From: Eledone cirrhosa
Taxonomy: Eukaryota
Assembly: GCA_964016885.1 (NCBI GenBank)
Contig: OZ024744.1
Span: 49,848,001-49,912,000 of the forward strand
Reading direction: 5' to 3'
Length of the DNA stretch: 64,000 nt
Within the stretch, counting starts at the first letter, position 1, and each line of letters starts with the position of its first letter. Below are positions 27,585 through 39,993 of this stretch, one piece after another. The notes beneath the pieces are model-generated. The model saw only the letters and a list, made by a program, of their open reading frames with translations, was not told the origin of the DNA and made no database searches. The translations under genes were made by a program, and so were the position numbers.

Positions 27585-28741
27585 ACATTTGTTTTATAAA
27601 TAAATATTGACATACCCGGGAAAAAGACAACCTCAACGGTTGAAATTCGCTGGATAGTGGAGATAATTGAGCGTGATACAAAGTTGAGTATGCAAATGAG
27701 TGTCAGAAAAATTTAAAAAAACAATGGTTTATTTAAATTAAACTGTTGGAAGAAATTAGATGTAAAAGGGAGAGAGACAAGATATATGTAAAAAGGAGAG
27801 AGACAAAAAATTGAGAGGGAGAGAGATAGAGAGAAAAAATATATTGAAAGGGAGGGAGATAGAATAGTGAGATGGGAGAGAGAAGAGAATAGAAAGAGAG
27901 AGATAGCAGAAATATAATATTGAGAGAGTGTGAAGGAAAGAACAAATATTGAGATGGAGAGAGAAAGGGAAAAGTATTGAGAGGGAGAGAGAAAAGAATA
28001 TGGAAAAAAAAAATTAAAAAAAATTAAAAATAATATTGAAAAAAAGAGGGAGAAAGAGTAGTGAGAGGGAGAGAGAAGAAAGAGAAAGAAAAAGAGGGGC
28101 GAAGTGAGCGAAGAAATAAATTTGTAAATATATCATTCATTGTTATGTTTATATTATTTATAACGGTAAAGTTAAAAAATTAAATTAATGATAACAAATC
28201 TTTACAAAAGAATATTGTTATAATTTAGTTAAAAATTTAACCAGATATTTAATTAAAATTTAATTAATTACAATAAAATATATTACAAAAAGAAGTATTT
28301 AAAAATTTATTAAGATATATTAATAGTATATAGGTTTAGATGGGTATTTTATGTTATAGGTTACAAATTATTTGAATGTATAGTATTTTGCATTGGAAAA
28401 AAAAAACCAAGTATAAGTTTAATTGATTAAAGTAAGTTTGGCAAAATTATATTTAGCCAGAGTTTATTAATAGTTGTAAGTTAAATCTTAAACATCAAAT
28501 ATTTATGAAGATTTACGAGAGTTTAGAAAGGAAAAATTATTTAATTAGGAGTATATATTAAAACAATTTACAATTTCGACTATAAAGATTGAGATTATAA
28601 AAACAATAAGGAAGTTTAAAGGAAGTTAAAAGGGATTTTTTAAAAACCCAAATGACTCCAAGGATAGATAAAAATCACTACGAAAGTTATAAGAAGTTAT
28701 AAAAATTCATCTTAAAATATAATTAAAATGTAAGATTTCTG

Positions 28742-28807
28742 TATTTTATCTGATGAAAACGCACCATAATTTACATTGGTCGCCCTTGAAATATATATAA
28801 TAAAATA
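28742..28807 (+). ncRNA. Hammerhead ribozyme
   Basis: tattttat-CTGATGA-(31 nt)-GAAA-tatata-TA-ataaaata; 8-bp stem I. Confidence 0.8.
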
Positions 28808-28938
28808 ATTATGGTTTTATAAATATAGTTTCCATTTATTAATATATTGTATATTTACTCCACTAACTTGTTGAGTGTCTTATATCAGTTCTAAAAATGT
28901 TTAAGCTTGTTGAATCCCAACAAATTAAATATAACCTC

Positions 28939-28994
<56 letters not shown>

Positions 28995-28997
<3 letters not shown>

Positions 28998-30130
28998 GTG
29001 GTTACACAACAGTTAGTTCACCATACCGAGAACAATTGTTTCACCTTAGCGGATCTTCAGCTCGGAATGAGCATGGTTATAGGAACGGGAAGGACAACCG
29101 TACGAACGCGCATGCGCAGAAACCCGGTCACTTCACACAGGCAATACTAGAGTGCGTACGAGGGGTGTAAGGGAGATAACTGCGAACGCCCGAAAAGTTT
29201 TTAGGTTGAAAATAAAATTACAAAGAATCAGCCGGAGCCTTGTAGTTATGCAATAGCTGTTTGGCGACGTGTGGACAACGTGTGAAAAATTCACTTCCCG
29301 TGTTTAGGCAATCACTATTGCGTAATCTCTTTAGAATAGTTATTCGTTCGTCAATACATAAGCCACACGTCGGATTTCCCCTTGCGTATGGCTTGGACTT
29401 AGTGATGGCTTTCCATTGAATGGAGTAGTCTATACTTGAGTCCTTGAGGGACCATACGTGGCTCGTGAGTTTCATGGATGAACGCCTGAAGGTAGACTGG
29501 TGGTTCAGGAAACGTTCCTTGAATCGGCCCTCCGCCATGCCCACATAGGATTTGATCTCCTGTGGTTCGTTTGGTCGGTTGGAAGTGACCACAGCTTCAT
29601 AGATTACAGCTGGTGTGTTGCATTTCTGTTGAAGGGGGCAAGCTTCAGGCTTACGGCAAGAGCACCCTGGTGGGGTGTTGCTCCTAGGGCTGCTGGTCAT
29701 GTGGGCCTTCATGTTCTTAGCGCAGGAGTATCCTAGTTTAACTTTGTGTCGGTTAAAGATGGAGCGGTATTTATGACCTATGGGGAAGTGTCTATCTAAG
29801 AGGGCTAGAAATCTTTTTCCTACATTGGTTTTAACGTTGAGTGAGAAGGGAGGAGAGAACCAGATAGTTTGTCTATTATTGCGCTTACTTTTCTTAATGG
29901 TGTTGTTGCTAGTGATAGGTTGTGAGAAGCCGCTGTTAGCCAACGCCGTGTTATAGTAGGGTGCCGCCCTGTCAAAGATAGCCTTATTAGAGGAGAGGTT
30001 TGAGATTTTAGTACTGATATTCTTAACGAAGTTTCTAAAAACAGTGGGAGGGTGGCATGAGTCCTTGTGAATGTAATTAAGTTTCTCGTTTAGCTTAAAC
30101 GAGAAACTTAATTACATTCACAAGGACTCA
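28995..30130 (-). mobile_element. 5'-truncated Naiad-like Penelope element (linker plus GIY-YIG ORF 29218-29943)
   Basis: IWFSPPFSLNVKTNVGKRFL, CSCRKPEACPLQQKC, VIY...YVG, RFLNH, CGLC, RCPH; terminal HHR; ends in (TA)n. Confidence 0.92.
29026..29065 (-). ncRNA. Minimal hammerhead ribozyme
   Basis: ccgag-CTGAAGA-tcc/gctaa/ggt-GAAA-caattg-TT-ctcgg; palindromic stem III. Confidence 0.8.
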
Positions 30131-30248
30131 ACTGAAGTTAATAGCAGTCGCCGTGTCTATGACTGGTGTCTTCATATGAGGGAATGAATTCTGTGAGAGA
30201 ACATCGTTATTTTTCTCCCTCATATCAAGAATTTGAAGACAATTCATT

Positions 30249-30324
30249 TTCACCTGATGAGATCAGTGATAATCGATCATGGCTTCACAATCGATCTATC
30301 TCTTATTGAAACATGTGTCGTGAT
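30249..30324 (+). ncRNA. Hammerhead ribozyme in 5' pLTR (3' pLTR copy near 34800 has CTTATGA)
   Basis: tcac-CTGATGA-(47 nt)-GAAA-catgtg-TC-gtga; base of stem II is weak. Confidence 0.65.
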
Positions 30325-30557
30325 TAAATGATTGGAATTTTACCTTACCTTCGGATTTTCATTTTGATACTTATACTCCGTTTTACATCATCTAGCTGTT
30401 CCCTTGAATGGAATTGGAGATATACAAAAGCGTGGAAAACTTAATATTGCTAACATAAAGTTATTAGACCATTTTACACAACCAATAATGCACCTTACTA
30501 TATAATAACTTAAAGCTCCTAATTTTGTTGAGAACTTAATGCTGTTAAGCAAGGAAT

Positions 30558-33311
30558 ATGATGGAGAAATTCTCGGTGAACTCTTCACTTAAGGACATCC
30601 CTTTGCCCAACATAAAAGAATTCACAAGGTTGGCCATAGGTAAATCGGATTCCTTTGTCCGTAGAATGCGTTGGAAGGCCTTCCACTTCGACAGAGGAAC
30701 ACCAACAAACCACCCCAGGGAGGGAACGCACGGCATCGAGGAAATATTCAAATCCAGAAGAAATCCACCACAAAATAAATACTTGGAAGAATTAGTGACT
30801 GAAATGTCTCAAATAGTGTCCAACCTTAAGTTTAGGAAACACCCACCCAGGAGAAAAAGCTACCTAAGACGACTGAATGGTGAAATAGTAAAATTAAAGA
30901 ACTCGACCGGCATTTTGGTGCACGCAGACAAGACTAACACCCTGTACGATATGGATAGAGTAACTTATGACGATTTGATAACCAAAGAACTTAGGAAAAG
31001 CTACAGAAAAACTACACGGGCCAACCTGGATTTAATTAACACGGAGGCCAATAGCGTCATGACTAAATTGGGTATTGAGGATAAAACCGAACCCTTCCAT
31101 TCTAGAACTCCGAGGATTCTGCTGAAAGACCACAAATTGAACTTTGAATCATCAAGACCTGTCAGGTTGATAGCCCCTTCGAAGTCGGACATAGGAATCG
31201 TAAGTAAAAACATCCTTGATAAAATAATCCCCACCCTAGTTAGGAGATCGAAGCTCAAATTGTGGTCAGGAACTAGTGAGGTAATTAACTGGTTTGAGAA
31301 ATCGTAGAATAAGAATAGCACTAAGTTTATACAGTTCGATATCTCTAATTACTACTCTTCAATCTCTCCAACTCTTCTAGCTAACTTTGCTAGCTTACAC
31401 ACCGACCTTACATCCGAAGAAATTAACATTATTCTCCTAGCTAGGAAAACCTTAATTGAATTCAACGGTGACCTGTGGACCAGGAAGGATTGGCCAGACA
31501 ATTTCGACGTCACCATGGGATCCACGGACTCGGCCCAGGTGACGGCTCTGGTGGGCCTTTACCTCCTTGACTGTCTCGGAGTGGAAATGCCCCACTTGGG
31601 AGGCGGCGCTTACCGTGACGACGTTTTGTTTACTGTGTCGTTCCATAGTAATAGTATGGTAGAGAGGGCGAGGAAAAAACTTAGCAAATTCTTCAACAAC
31701 ATAGACCTGAGTATAGTGTTTGAACAGAAGTTAAAGATAGTTAATTTTCTAGATGTTACACTTAACCTCAATTCAGGACTTTTCCAACCCTACCACAAAC
31801 CCAACGAGAATCTAAACTATGTCAACGCAAAATCGAACCACCCTAGAATAGTCACTAATGGTATTACCAAAAGCGTCTCTAGTAGAATTTCAGGACTATC
31901 TTCCAATGAAATACCTTTAATGAGATCTCGAATTACTATAATAGCGCCCTGGAACGCGCGGGGCATAGCGAGGGAATCTCATTTAAACGTCCATTAAATA
32001 GTAGAAGCAACATTGCCTGCGATAGCTTAGACCTAAATAGTGACACTCTAGTTAACAGCAGGCGTGACTCGAGGGAGGATTTATATAGACTTCATGCTGT
32101 ATTGCCGCCTAGTCCCAATGCTGTTGGTACCAATAGAAACAACCACCCAGGTACTAACACGGGGTCTGAGCAACGTAACGCCAGCGGAAACTCTAATGGT
32201 AACCTTAATTGTGGAACCGATAATACTACCGTTGAACGCAGTATGGAACGAGGGTCGAGTAAGGGGAATAGGGACAGGTGTAGCAGACGCATAGTGGATA
32301 CAATCCCGGCTATCGAGGGTAACCCCAATGGCCGCACGGGGGTACACCGCCCTGGAGACTTGGGACGATTCCGAACACAATCGTAACATCCCAGGACACC
32401 ATCGACCCACAGGCAATTTCCAGTCACAATAGACCAGTAACTACTAGGGAGACAGGTAATTCTAATATAGTTAGTAAGAACAAGAGGCATCGGACCAGAA
32501 AGGTCCTGTGGTATAATCCCCCTTACTCCACTGACCTGACCACTAGTATAGCTAAGCTTTTCTTTAGGGCCTTAGACAAATGCTTCCCTAGATCGCACAG
32601 ATATTATAAAATATTCAATAGAAATACCACCAAGCTGTCCTACTCCACAACTAGTAACATAGCTCAGAATATAGCTAAGATGAATTATAGTAGACTTAGG
32701 ACAGCCCATAAGGGAATTAGGCATGGCAGGAACAATGGCAGCTCTATTGAGGAACTGACTCATACGTGAGGCGAGTCGGGTCTCCCCAACCCCAGGGAAT
32801 TTACCCATAGAGCAGACAGGAACTGAGACCCGACCCCAAAGGTACCGTGGTAAATCTGGAACTACCCATGTCGATAGCAAAAAATGTAACTACAGAAGCA
32901 CCGCCACCTGCCTCATGGCTGGGAAATGCCTTACCAAAAACATAGTCTACGACTGTAAGGTCTCCTCTCTTGATAGAACCTTTAGCTATGTTGGGGCAAC
33001 TGCCACAGAATTTAAGGATAGATGGTATAATCACCGCCATACCTTTAATAGATTAGATAAAAAAAAATAGCACGGCACTTTCTGAATTAGTCAGGAAGCT
33101 TAAACATCAGAATATAGAGCACTCCTTATCCTGGTCCATAGTTTGCTCAGCCCAACCTTATAACGGCAGCACTGGCGTCTGCAATTTATGTATAGCTGAA
33201 ACTTTTAATATTATTAGAGGCGGCCCCCTATTAATTAATAGGAGAGCAGATTTTTTCAGCAACTGCCAACATAGAACCTCGAAAACCTTTCGCAGGAGTT
33301 TTGGAAGGTAA
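30558..33311 (+). pseudogene. PLE polyprotein: RT (YRDD) plus GIY-YIG endonuclease, disrupted
   Basis: RRMRWKA, ADKTN, LKDHK, RLIAP, FIQFDI, MGSTDSAQV, AYRDD, NFLDVTL, VLWYNPPYS, NIVY..SYVG..RWYNH, CNLC, CQH; in-frame TAG at 31305-31307, frameshifts near 31915 and 33065, further stops in the linkers. Confidence 0.92.
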
Positions 33312-34221
33312 CCTACCACTAACTCCCCCCTCTCTACCTTAGCCATTGAGTTCTCTCAATAAACAGACAGTCACACACTCAGGTAGTTAGACGGCTAAGA
33401 TTGTTTGCGCACTTACAAACGATACTCGGCCTGTTTCCACGGAGTTCTCATGAGTGCACTTTTTTAGAATACCTAGCTAGCAAATAGTTAGATTGATTAC
33501 ACACTTAGTATACCTAGTTAGTAATTGATTGCAAACTCAGACTTGACCGATTACTTTAAGGTACCCTAACCATTGAGTTCTCTCAGTTGGGATATAGCTA
33601 GTCGTATTACACACCTAGTTAGGACCGATTACGCTCTCTATACATAACTCTACACACAGTACCCGTTCCCTTCAGACATTCAGCTCCCACAATTACGACT
33701 GTCACGTTCCTACCGACTGAACACTACACTAAGTTTTGATCCGTGATCATCTAACCATGGAGGACTCACTGTTACGGATTGAACAATAATACTGACACAC
33801 CATTAATGGGCCTACACGCATCCTTTGGATTTTACTATCCTGTGTTTTTTTACTTCCCCTTCTGTGTTGGATAACACACCTCCACCACTCAAACAACTAT
33901 CTTAAAAGCTCATTGGCCCATATGACTGGAAATCGCACTTACGGACGCATTTACCCAATACCCAACCCTACACGGAGCCCTTTGCTGGCCTACATTGCGG
34001 TTGCTTGCACGCACGGATTTGGTGACTCGGATTCTCAATGGGACAGCGGTACATACTGAGTTCGATATGAGCTGTTGCTTGTTCTTCACATGGATCTGTA
34101 TATACCCGGACATACCCTTTTTTTGGACGATTCGGATGTGTATATACCATAAATACACTTGAAGATATGGATGTTACAATTCAATCTATACACGTATAGC
34201 AGAAGACTGAAGTGAACTTAC

Positions 34222-34299
<78 letters not shown>

Positions 34300-34938
34300 T
34301 TAACCCAATATTTCCAATTTACATCGTCAAATTGAGATTTGACCAATATAGCTTCTGTTGTTTTGTGAACTAACTTTCGGTTAACGCTGTGTTGGTACAT
34401 TCTTATATTTGTTTTCTTATATTTGTTTTTTTCTCGGACATCGCTTTAGTGTGTGTGAGAGTGTGTGTGTACCCACCCACACTAACTCTACAGGTTTAAT
34501 ACTGTGTTGATGTGTGTATATATATATGTATATATTTTTCTTTGACCTCGAGCCGATGTATGTGGGTGTGGAATGTGTGTGTACCCACTCACATTAACTG
34601 TGACTGATTGTATCCCTACAGATTCGATTGATGTCCAGCGTCTTTTACAGCGATAGAAATCTGAAAACTTTTATGCCTCAACTGAAGTTAATAGTAGTCG
34701 CCGTGTCTCTGACTGGTGTATCTTCATATGAGGGAATGAATTCTGTGAGAGAATATCGTTATTTTTCTCCCTCATATCAAGAATTTGAAGACAATTCATT
34801 TTCACCTTATGAGATCAGTGATAATCGATCATGGCTTCACAATCGATCTATCTCTTATTGAAACATGTGTCGTGATTAAATGATTGGAATTTTACCTTAC
34901 CTTCGGATTTTCATTTTGATATATATATTATATATATA

Positions 34939-34970
<32 letters not shown>

Positions 34971-35052
34971 AAGATAAGCAGAACAAGTAAAATTCAATCA
35001 ATTTTTCAAAATACATTAAAAAATATAATATAAATATTTACCTCTTCTAGTG

Positions 35053-35134
35053 GCCCTTACTGATCAGTTTCGCTTTGTAAAACCTCATAAATCCGATGGA
35101 TTTATGATGGAAAACCAAAGCTCATCAGAGAAGC
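35053..35134 (-). ncRNA. Hammerhead ribozyme, array copy 1
   Basis: gcttct-CTGATGA-gctttg..tcataaatcc/atc/ggatttatga..caaagc-GAAA-ctgatcag-TA-agggc. Confidence 0.85.
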
Positions 35135-35537
35135 ATTTTCCCTTCCTAGGGCTAAACGTCCCAGGAACGACAAAATATACAACCTCCTGCCAGCTAATAA
35201 AGGTCTGAAAGGTCGTAAAAGTGACCCGCATGTAAACTGGACCGAAGTAAAAGCGGGAAAATCAAAGACTTGCTGTCTACAATTACTACTAAAAAAATAG
35301 CAGCCAAGTAGAGCAACAGATTTGTTCTCAACGGACGGAGAAAAAGGTAGAAGTTAATATGTCCAGGGATACTAGGTACCCCTAGAAATACATAGGTTGT
35401 CTATGATTCAAGGTTGTTCAATGGTGTTAATTTGATACACCAGAACTTTAATATTAAGATAAGCAGAACAAGTAAAATTCAATCAATTTTTCAAAATACA
35501 TTAAAAAATATAATATAAATATTTACCTCTTCTAGTG

Positions 35538-35619
35538 GCCCTTACTGATCAGTTTCGCTTTGTAAAACCTCATAAATCCGATGGATTTATGATGGAAAAC
35601 CAAAGCTCATCAGAGAAGC
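35538..35619 (-). ncRNA. Hammerhead ribozyme, array copy 2
   Basis: Same sequence as copy 1. Confidence 0.85.
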
Positions 35620-36022
35620 ATTTTCCCTTCCTAGGGCTAAACGTCCCAGGAACGACAAAATATACAACCTCCTGCCAGCTAATAAAGGTCTGAAAGGTCG
35701 TAAAAGTGACCCGTATGTAAACTGGACCGAAGTAAAAGCGGGAAAATCAAAGACTTGCTGTCTACAATTACTACTAAAAAAATAGCAGCCAAGTAGAGCA
35801 ACAGATTTGTTCTCAACGGACGGAGAAAAAGGTAGAAGTTAATATGTCCAGGGATACTAGGTACCCCTAGAAATACATAGGTTGTCTATGATTCAAGGTT
35901 GTTCAATGGTGTTAATTTGATACACCAGAACTTTAATATTAAGATAAGCAGAACAAGTAAAATTCAATCAATTTTTCAAAATACATTAAAAAATATAATA
36001 TAAATATTTACCTCTTCTAGTG

Positions 36023-36104
36023 GCCCTTACTGATCAGTTTCGCTTTGTAAAACCTCATAAATCCGATGGATTTATGATGGAAAACCAAAGCTCATCAGAG
36101 AAGC
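36023..36104 (-). ncRNA. Hammerhead ribozyme, array copy 3
   Basis: Same sequence as copy 1. Confidence 0.85.
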
Positions 36105-36507
36105 ATTTTCCCTTCCTAGGGCTAAACGTCCCAGGAACGACAAAATATACAACTTCCTGCCAGCTAATAAAGGTCTGAAAGGTCGTAAAAGTGACCCGTA
36201 TGTAAACTGGACCGAAGTAAAAGCGGGAAAATCAAAGACTTGCTGTCTACAATTACTACTAAAAAAATAGCAGCCAAGTAGAGCAACAGATTTGTTCTCA
36301 ACGGACGGAGAAAAAGGTAGAAGTTAATATGTCCAGGGATACTAGGTACCCCTAGAAATACATAGGTTGTCTATGATTCAAGGTTGTTCAATGGTGTTAA
36401 TTTGATACACCAGAACTTTAATATTAAGATAAGCAGAACAAGTAAAATTCAATCAATTTTTCAAAATACATTAAAAAATATAATATAAATATTTACCTCT
36501 TCTAGTG

Positions 36508-36589
36508 GCCCTTACTGATCAGTTTCGCTTTGTAAAACCTCATAAATCCGATGGATTTATGATGGAAAACCAAAGCTCATCAGAGAAGC
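36508..36589 (-). ncRNA. Hammerhead ribozyme, array copy 4
   Basis: Same sequence as copy 1. Confidence 0.85.
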
Positions 36590-36887
36590 ATTTTCCCTTC
36601 CTAGGGCTAAACGTCCCAGGAACGACAAAATATACAACCTCCTGCCAGCTAATAAAGGTCTGAAAGGTCGTAAAAGTGACCCGTATGTAAACTGGACCGA
36701 AGTAAAAGCGGGAAAATCAAAGACTTGCTGTCTACAATTACTACTAAAAAAATAGCAGCCAAGTAGAGCAACAGATTTGTTCTCAACGGACGGAGAAAAA
36801 GGTAGAAGTTAATATGTCCAGGGATACTAGGTACCCCTAGAAATACATAGGTTGTCTATGATTCAAGGTTGTTCAATGGTGTTAATT

Positions 36888-36934
<47 letters not shown>

Positions 36935-37000
36935 TATGTATACGTACATACATATATGTATACAGACGTACAGTAGTATGTATATGTATATACATACATG

Positions 37001-37055
<55 letters not shown>

Positions 37056-37300
37056 GTATGGATTCACCAAACATTTATTATAATGCTCGGTGTGTTTGTA
37101 AACAAACATCCCGTATTAAGCCGCAGTGTCTATCAACCACCGTTGCTCGTTTGTTCAACACTGACAAAGGAACGATGTACTAGTTTCAAGCTTGTTAGCT
37201 ATCGTCAGCAACGTATACCTTCCTGCCAGATTGTTGAACGTCCGAAAGTATATACTTTCCTTATGCATATTAACGGCTGAGTAGCCCAATTTGCATATAG

Positions 37301-37519
37301 AGTGGGTTAATCGGCCGGGTGCACCGAAAACGATAAACGGAAAAAATGAAACGAAATTTCATTTCCCACTCTTAGTACGGCTGTTACTTAAATATAAGCA
37401 TGTATACGTACATACATATATGTATACAGACGTACAGTAGTATGTATATATATATATACATACTATCGTTTCATTTTTTCCGTTTATCGTTTTCGGTGCA
37501 CCCGGTCGATTAACCCACT
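37301..37519. mobile_element. MITE-like element with ~54-bp inverted repeats
   Basis: agtgggttaatcggccgggtgcaccgaaaacgataaacggaaaaaatgaaacga is inverted at 37466-37519 (one mismatch); no clean TSD. Confidence 0.7.
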
Positions 37520-37610
37520 GGATATCCAACATGACCCTCCCAAAGCATAACAATATCGGTTTCAACACACGTTTTCAGATAAAGAATCTTGTTAAACAAA
37601 TTCAGAAACG

Positions 37611-38575
<965 letters not shown>

Positions 38576-38989
38576 ATAGCACCCCCCCGTACCTCCCCCC
38601 TCCAGTTGATGGATGCGAATCCGAAATATAGGACTATTAAATCTCTCCCAAGGTAACTCTATCTCATGTTATTACTTTTATTTTTTACGCTCTTTCCTAC
38701 GTTCCTCTACACACTATACATCTCATTCTACATTCCCTTACATCTCTCTCTTCACTATCATCGGATTCTGTTACCCGGAGATTTCCCCATCTGCATTGTT
38801 GAGGCTTCCAAAACGACCCCCCACCCCACCCCACCCCCACCCCACCCACAAAAAAAATCTTATTATTCCACAATGCTTCAAGCAAACTTCAATACTCTTT
38901 AAAATTATTTATTTTTTACGACTTTCATTGGTCAAATATTAATATGACAACACCCATAGTGTTGTACTTCTGGCAATTCTACCGAATAC

Positions 38990-39550
38990 ACTGCCAAGGA
39001 TAAACCTTTTCCCCTCGGCGTCAGATATCCCGTTTGATTTCCGGCGATCCCAATTCCCGGTGAATTCCATGTTTTGCCATGTCCATTAACAAGTCACAAG
39101 GGCAAACATTGTCGGTGGCGGGCATCCATTTGGGGGAGCCATGCTTCTCCCATGGCCAACTTTATGTTGCCTGTTCCCGCGTAGGGAGCAGGAATGGACT
39201 TATTGCTTACACTCCTCAAGGGATGACACGCAATATCGTCTACAAAGTGGTGCTAAAAATATTGGTGCAGGTGTTGGAGCTATGCCGTCTGGAAAACTAT
39301 TTCCATGGCGGACAGATCTGACACCCAGCGGCATCAGGACCACCATCTTGCAACTTCTAAATTCGCTATTGGAAGATTATTAACCCATCATTGATTGACC
39401 AAAATGTTAATTGGTTCGTAACTTTTAATAACCGGTTCAACTTCTTTATGTACTTAACTGATAAGCTTATTCGCTTTCAAGCCACGTTTGCCTGTATGTA
39501 ACTTTTCATAGCAAATAAACATACCCGAGCAACGCCGGGCTAAACTGTTA

Positions 39551-39553
<3 letters not shown>
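38990..39553 (+). mobile_element. Helitron 3' end (Pif1-type helicase motifs V-VI relic plus terminal hairpin)
   Basis: FAMSINKSQGQTL..FSHGQLYVACSRV..TRNIVY; cccgagcaacgccggg hairpin at ~39524-39539 followed by a degenerate CTAG. Confidence 0.88.
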
Positions 39554-39581
<28 letters not shown>

Positions 39582-39669
39582 TGTATGTATGTATGTATGT
39601 ATATATATGTTATATATAAATATATATGTATGTGTATATATATATAAATATATATATATATATGTATAT

Positions 39670-39993
39670 ATCATCATCATCATTTTTACGTCCGCTTGTC
39701 CCTGCTTGGGAACTGATTCTGGCTTGATTTCTACAGCTGGATGCCCTTCCTAACACCAACCTCATTTACAGTGAGTGCTGGGTGCTTTTTTACCGTGGCA
39801 CCTCCACGACCACTTTGCAGTGGAATGATAGGGACCCCAATCCCTATCACCTCATTTCTACAGCTGAGTAAACTGGAGCAACGTGAAATAAAGTGTCTTG
39901 CTCAAGGAAACAACACATCACCCGCTCTGAGAATTGAACTCACAATCTTTCGATTGCAAGGCCAATGCTCTAACCACTAAGCCATGTGACTCC
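39670..39993 (-). mobile_element. Full-length tRNA-derived SINE with RTE-derived body and (GAT)n tail
   Basis: tggcttagtggttagagc A-box, gagttcaattc B-box, tail caagcagggacaagcggacgtaaaaatgatgatg matches the RTE end at 63907-63948. Confidence 0.9.

Larger units (their letters stand above)
27035..28920. mobile_element. Non-coding PLE derivative with inverted pLTR arms
   Basis: 27035-27087 plus 27520-27585 is the reverse complement of 28740-28852; left arm split by a ~430-bp insert. Confidence 0.75.
30127..34921 (+). mobile_element. Near full-length Naiad-like Penelope element with ~243-bp pLTR direct repeats
   Basis: Direct repeats 30127-30369 and 34677-34921; ORF relic 30558-33311. Confidence 0.92.
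34966..36892 (-). repeat. Tandem array of ~4 x 485-bp ORF-less units, each with one hammerhead ribozyme (retrozyme-like/tandem pLTR)
   Basis: aagataagcagaac starts at 34971, 35456, 35941 and 36426; two substitutions noticed among units; (TA)n on both sides. Confidence 0.95.

Noticed and set aside
31305-31307. In-frame TAG within the PLE RT as programmed readthrough
   Set aside because: Additional frameshifts and stops downstream show the copy is simply decayed.
39079-39321. Host PIF1 helicase exon
   Set aside because: Followed by a Helitron terminal hairpin with a disrupted upstream frame; best explained as a RepHel relic.
39915-39993. tRNA gene (also at 22115-22185 and 46400-46490)
   Set aside because: A/B boxes run directly into SINE bodies and no proper cloverleaf forms.
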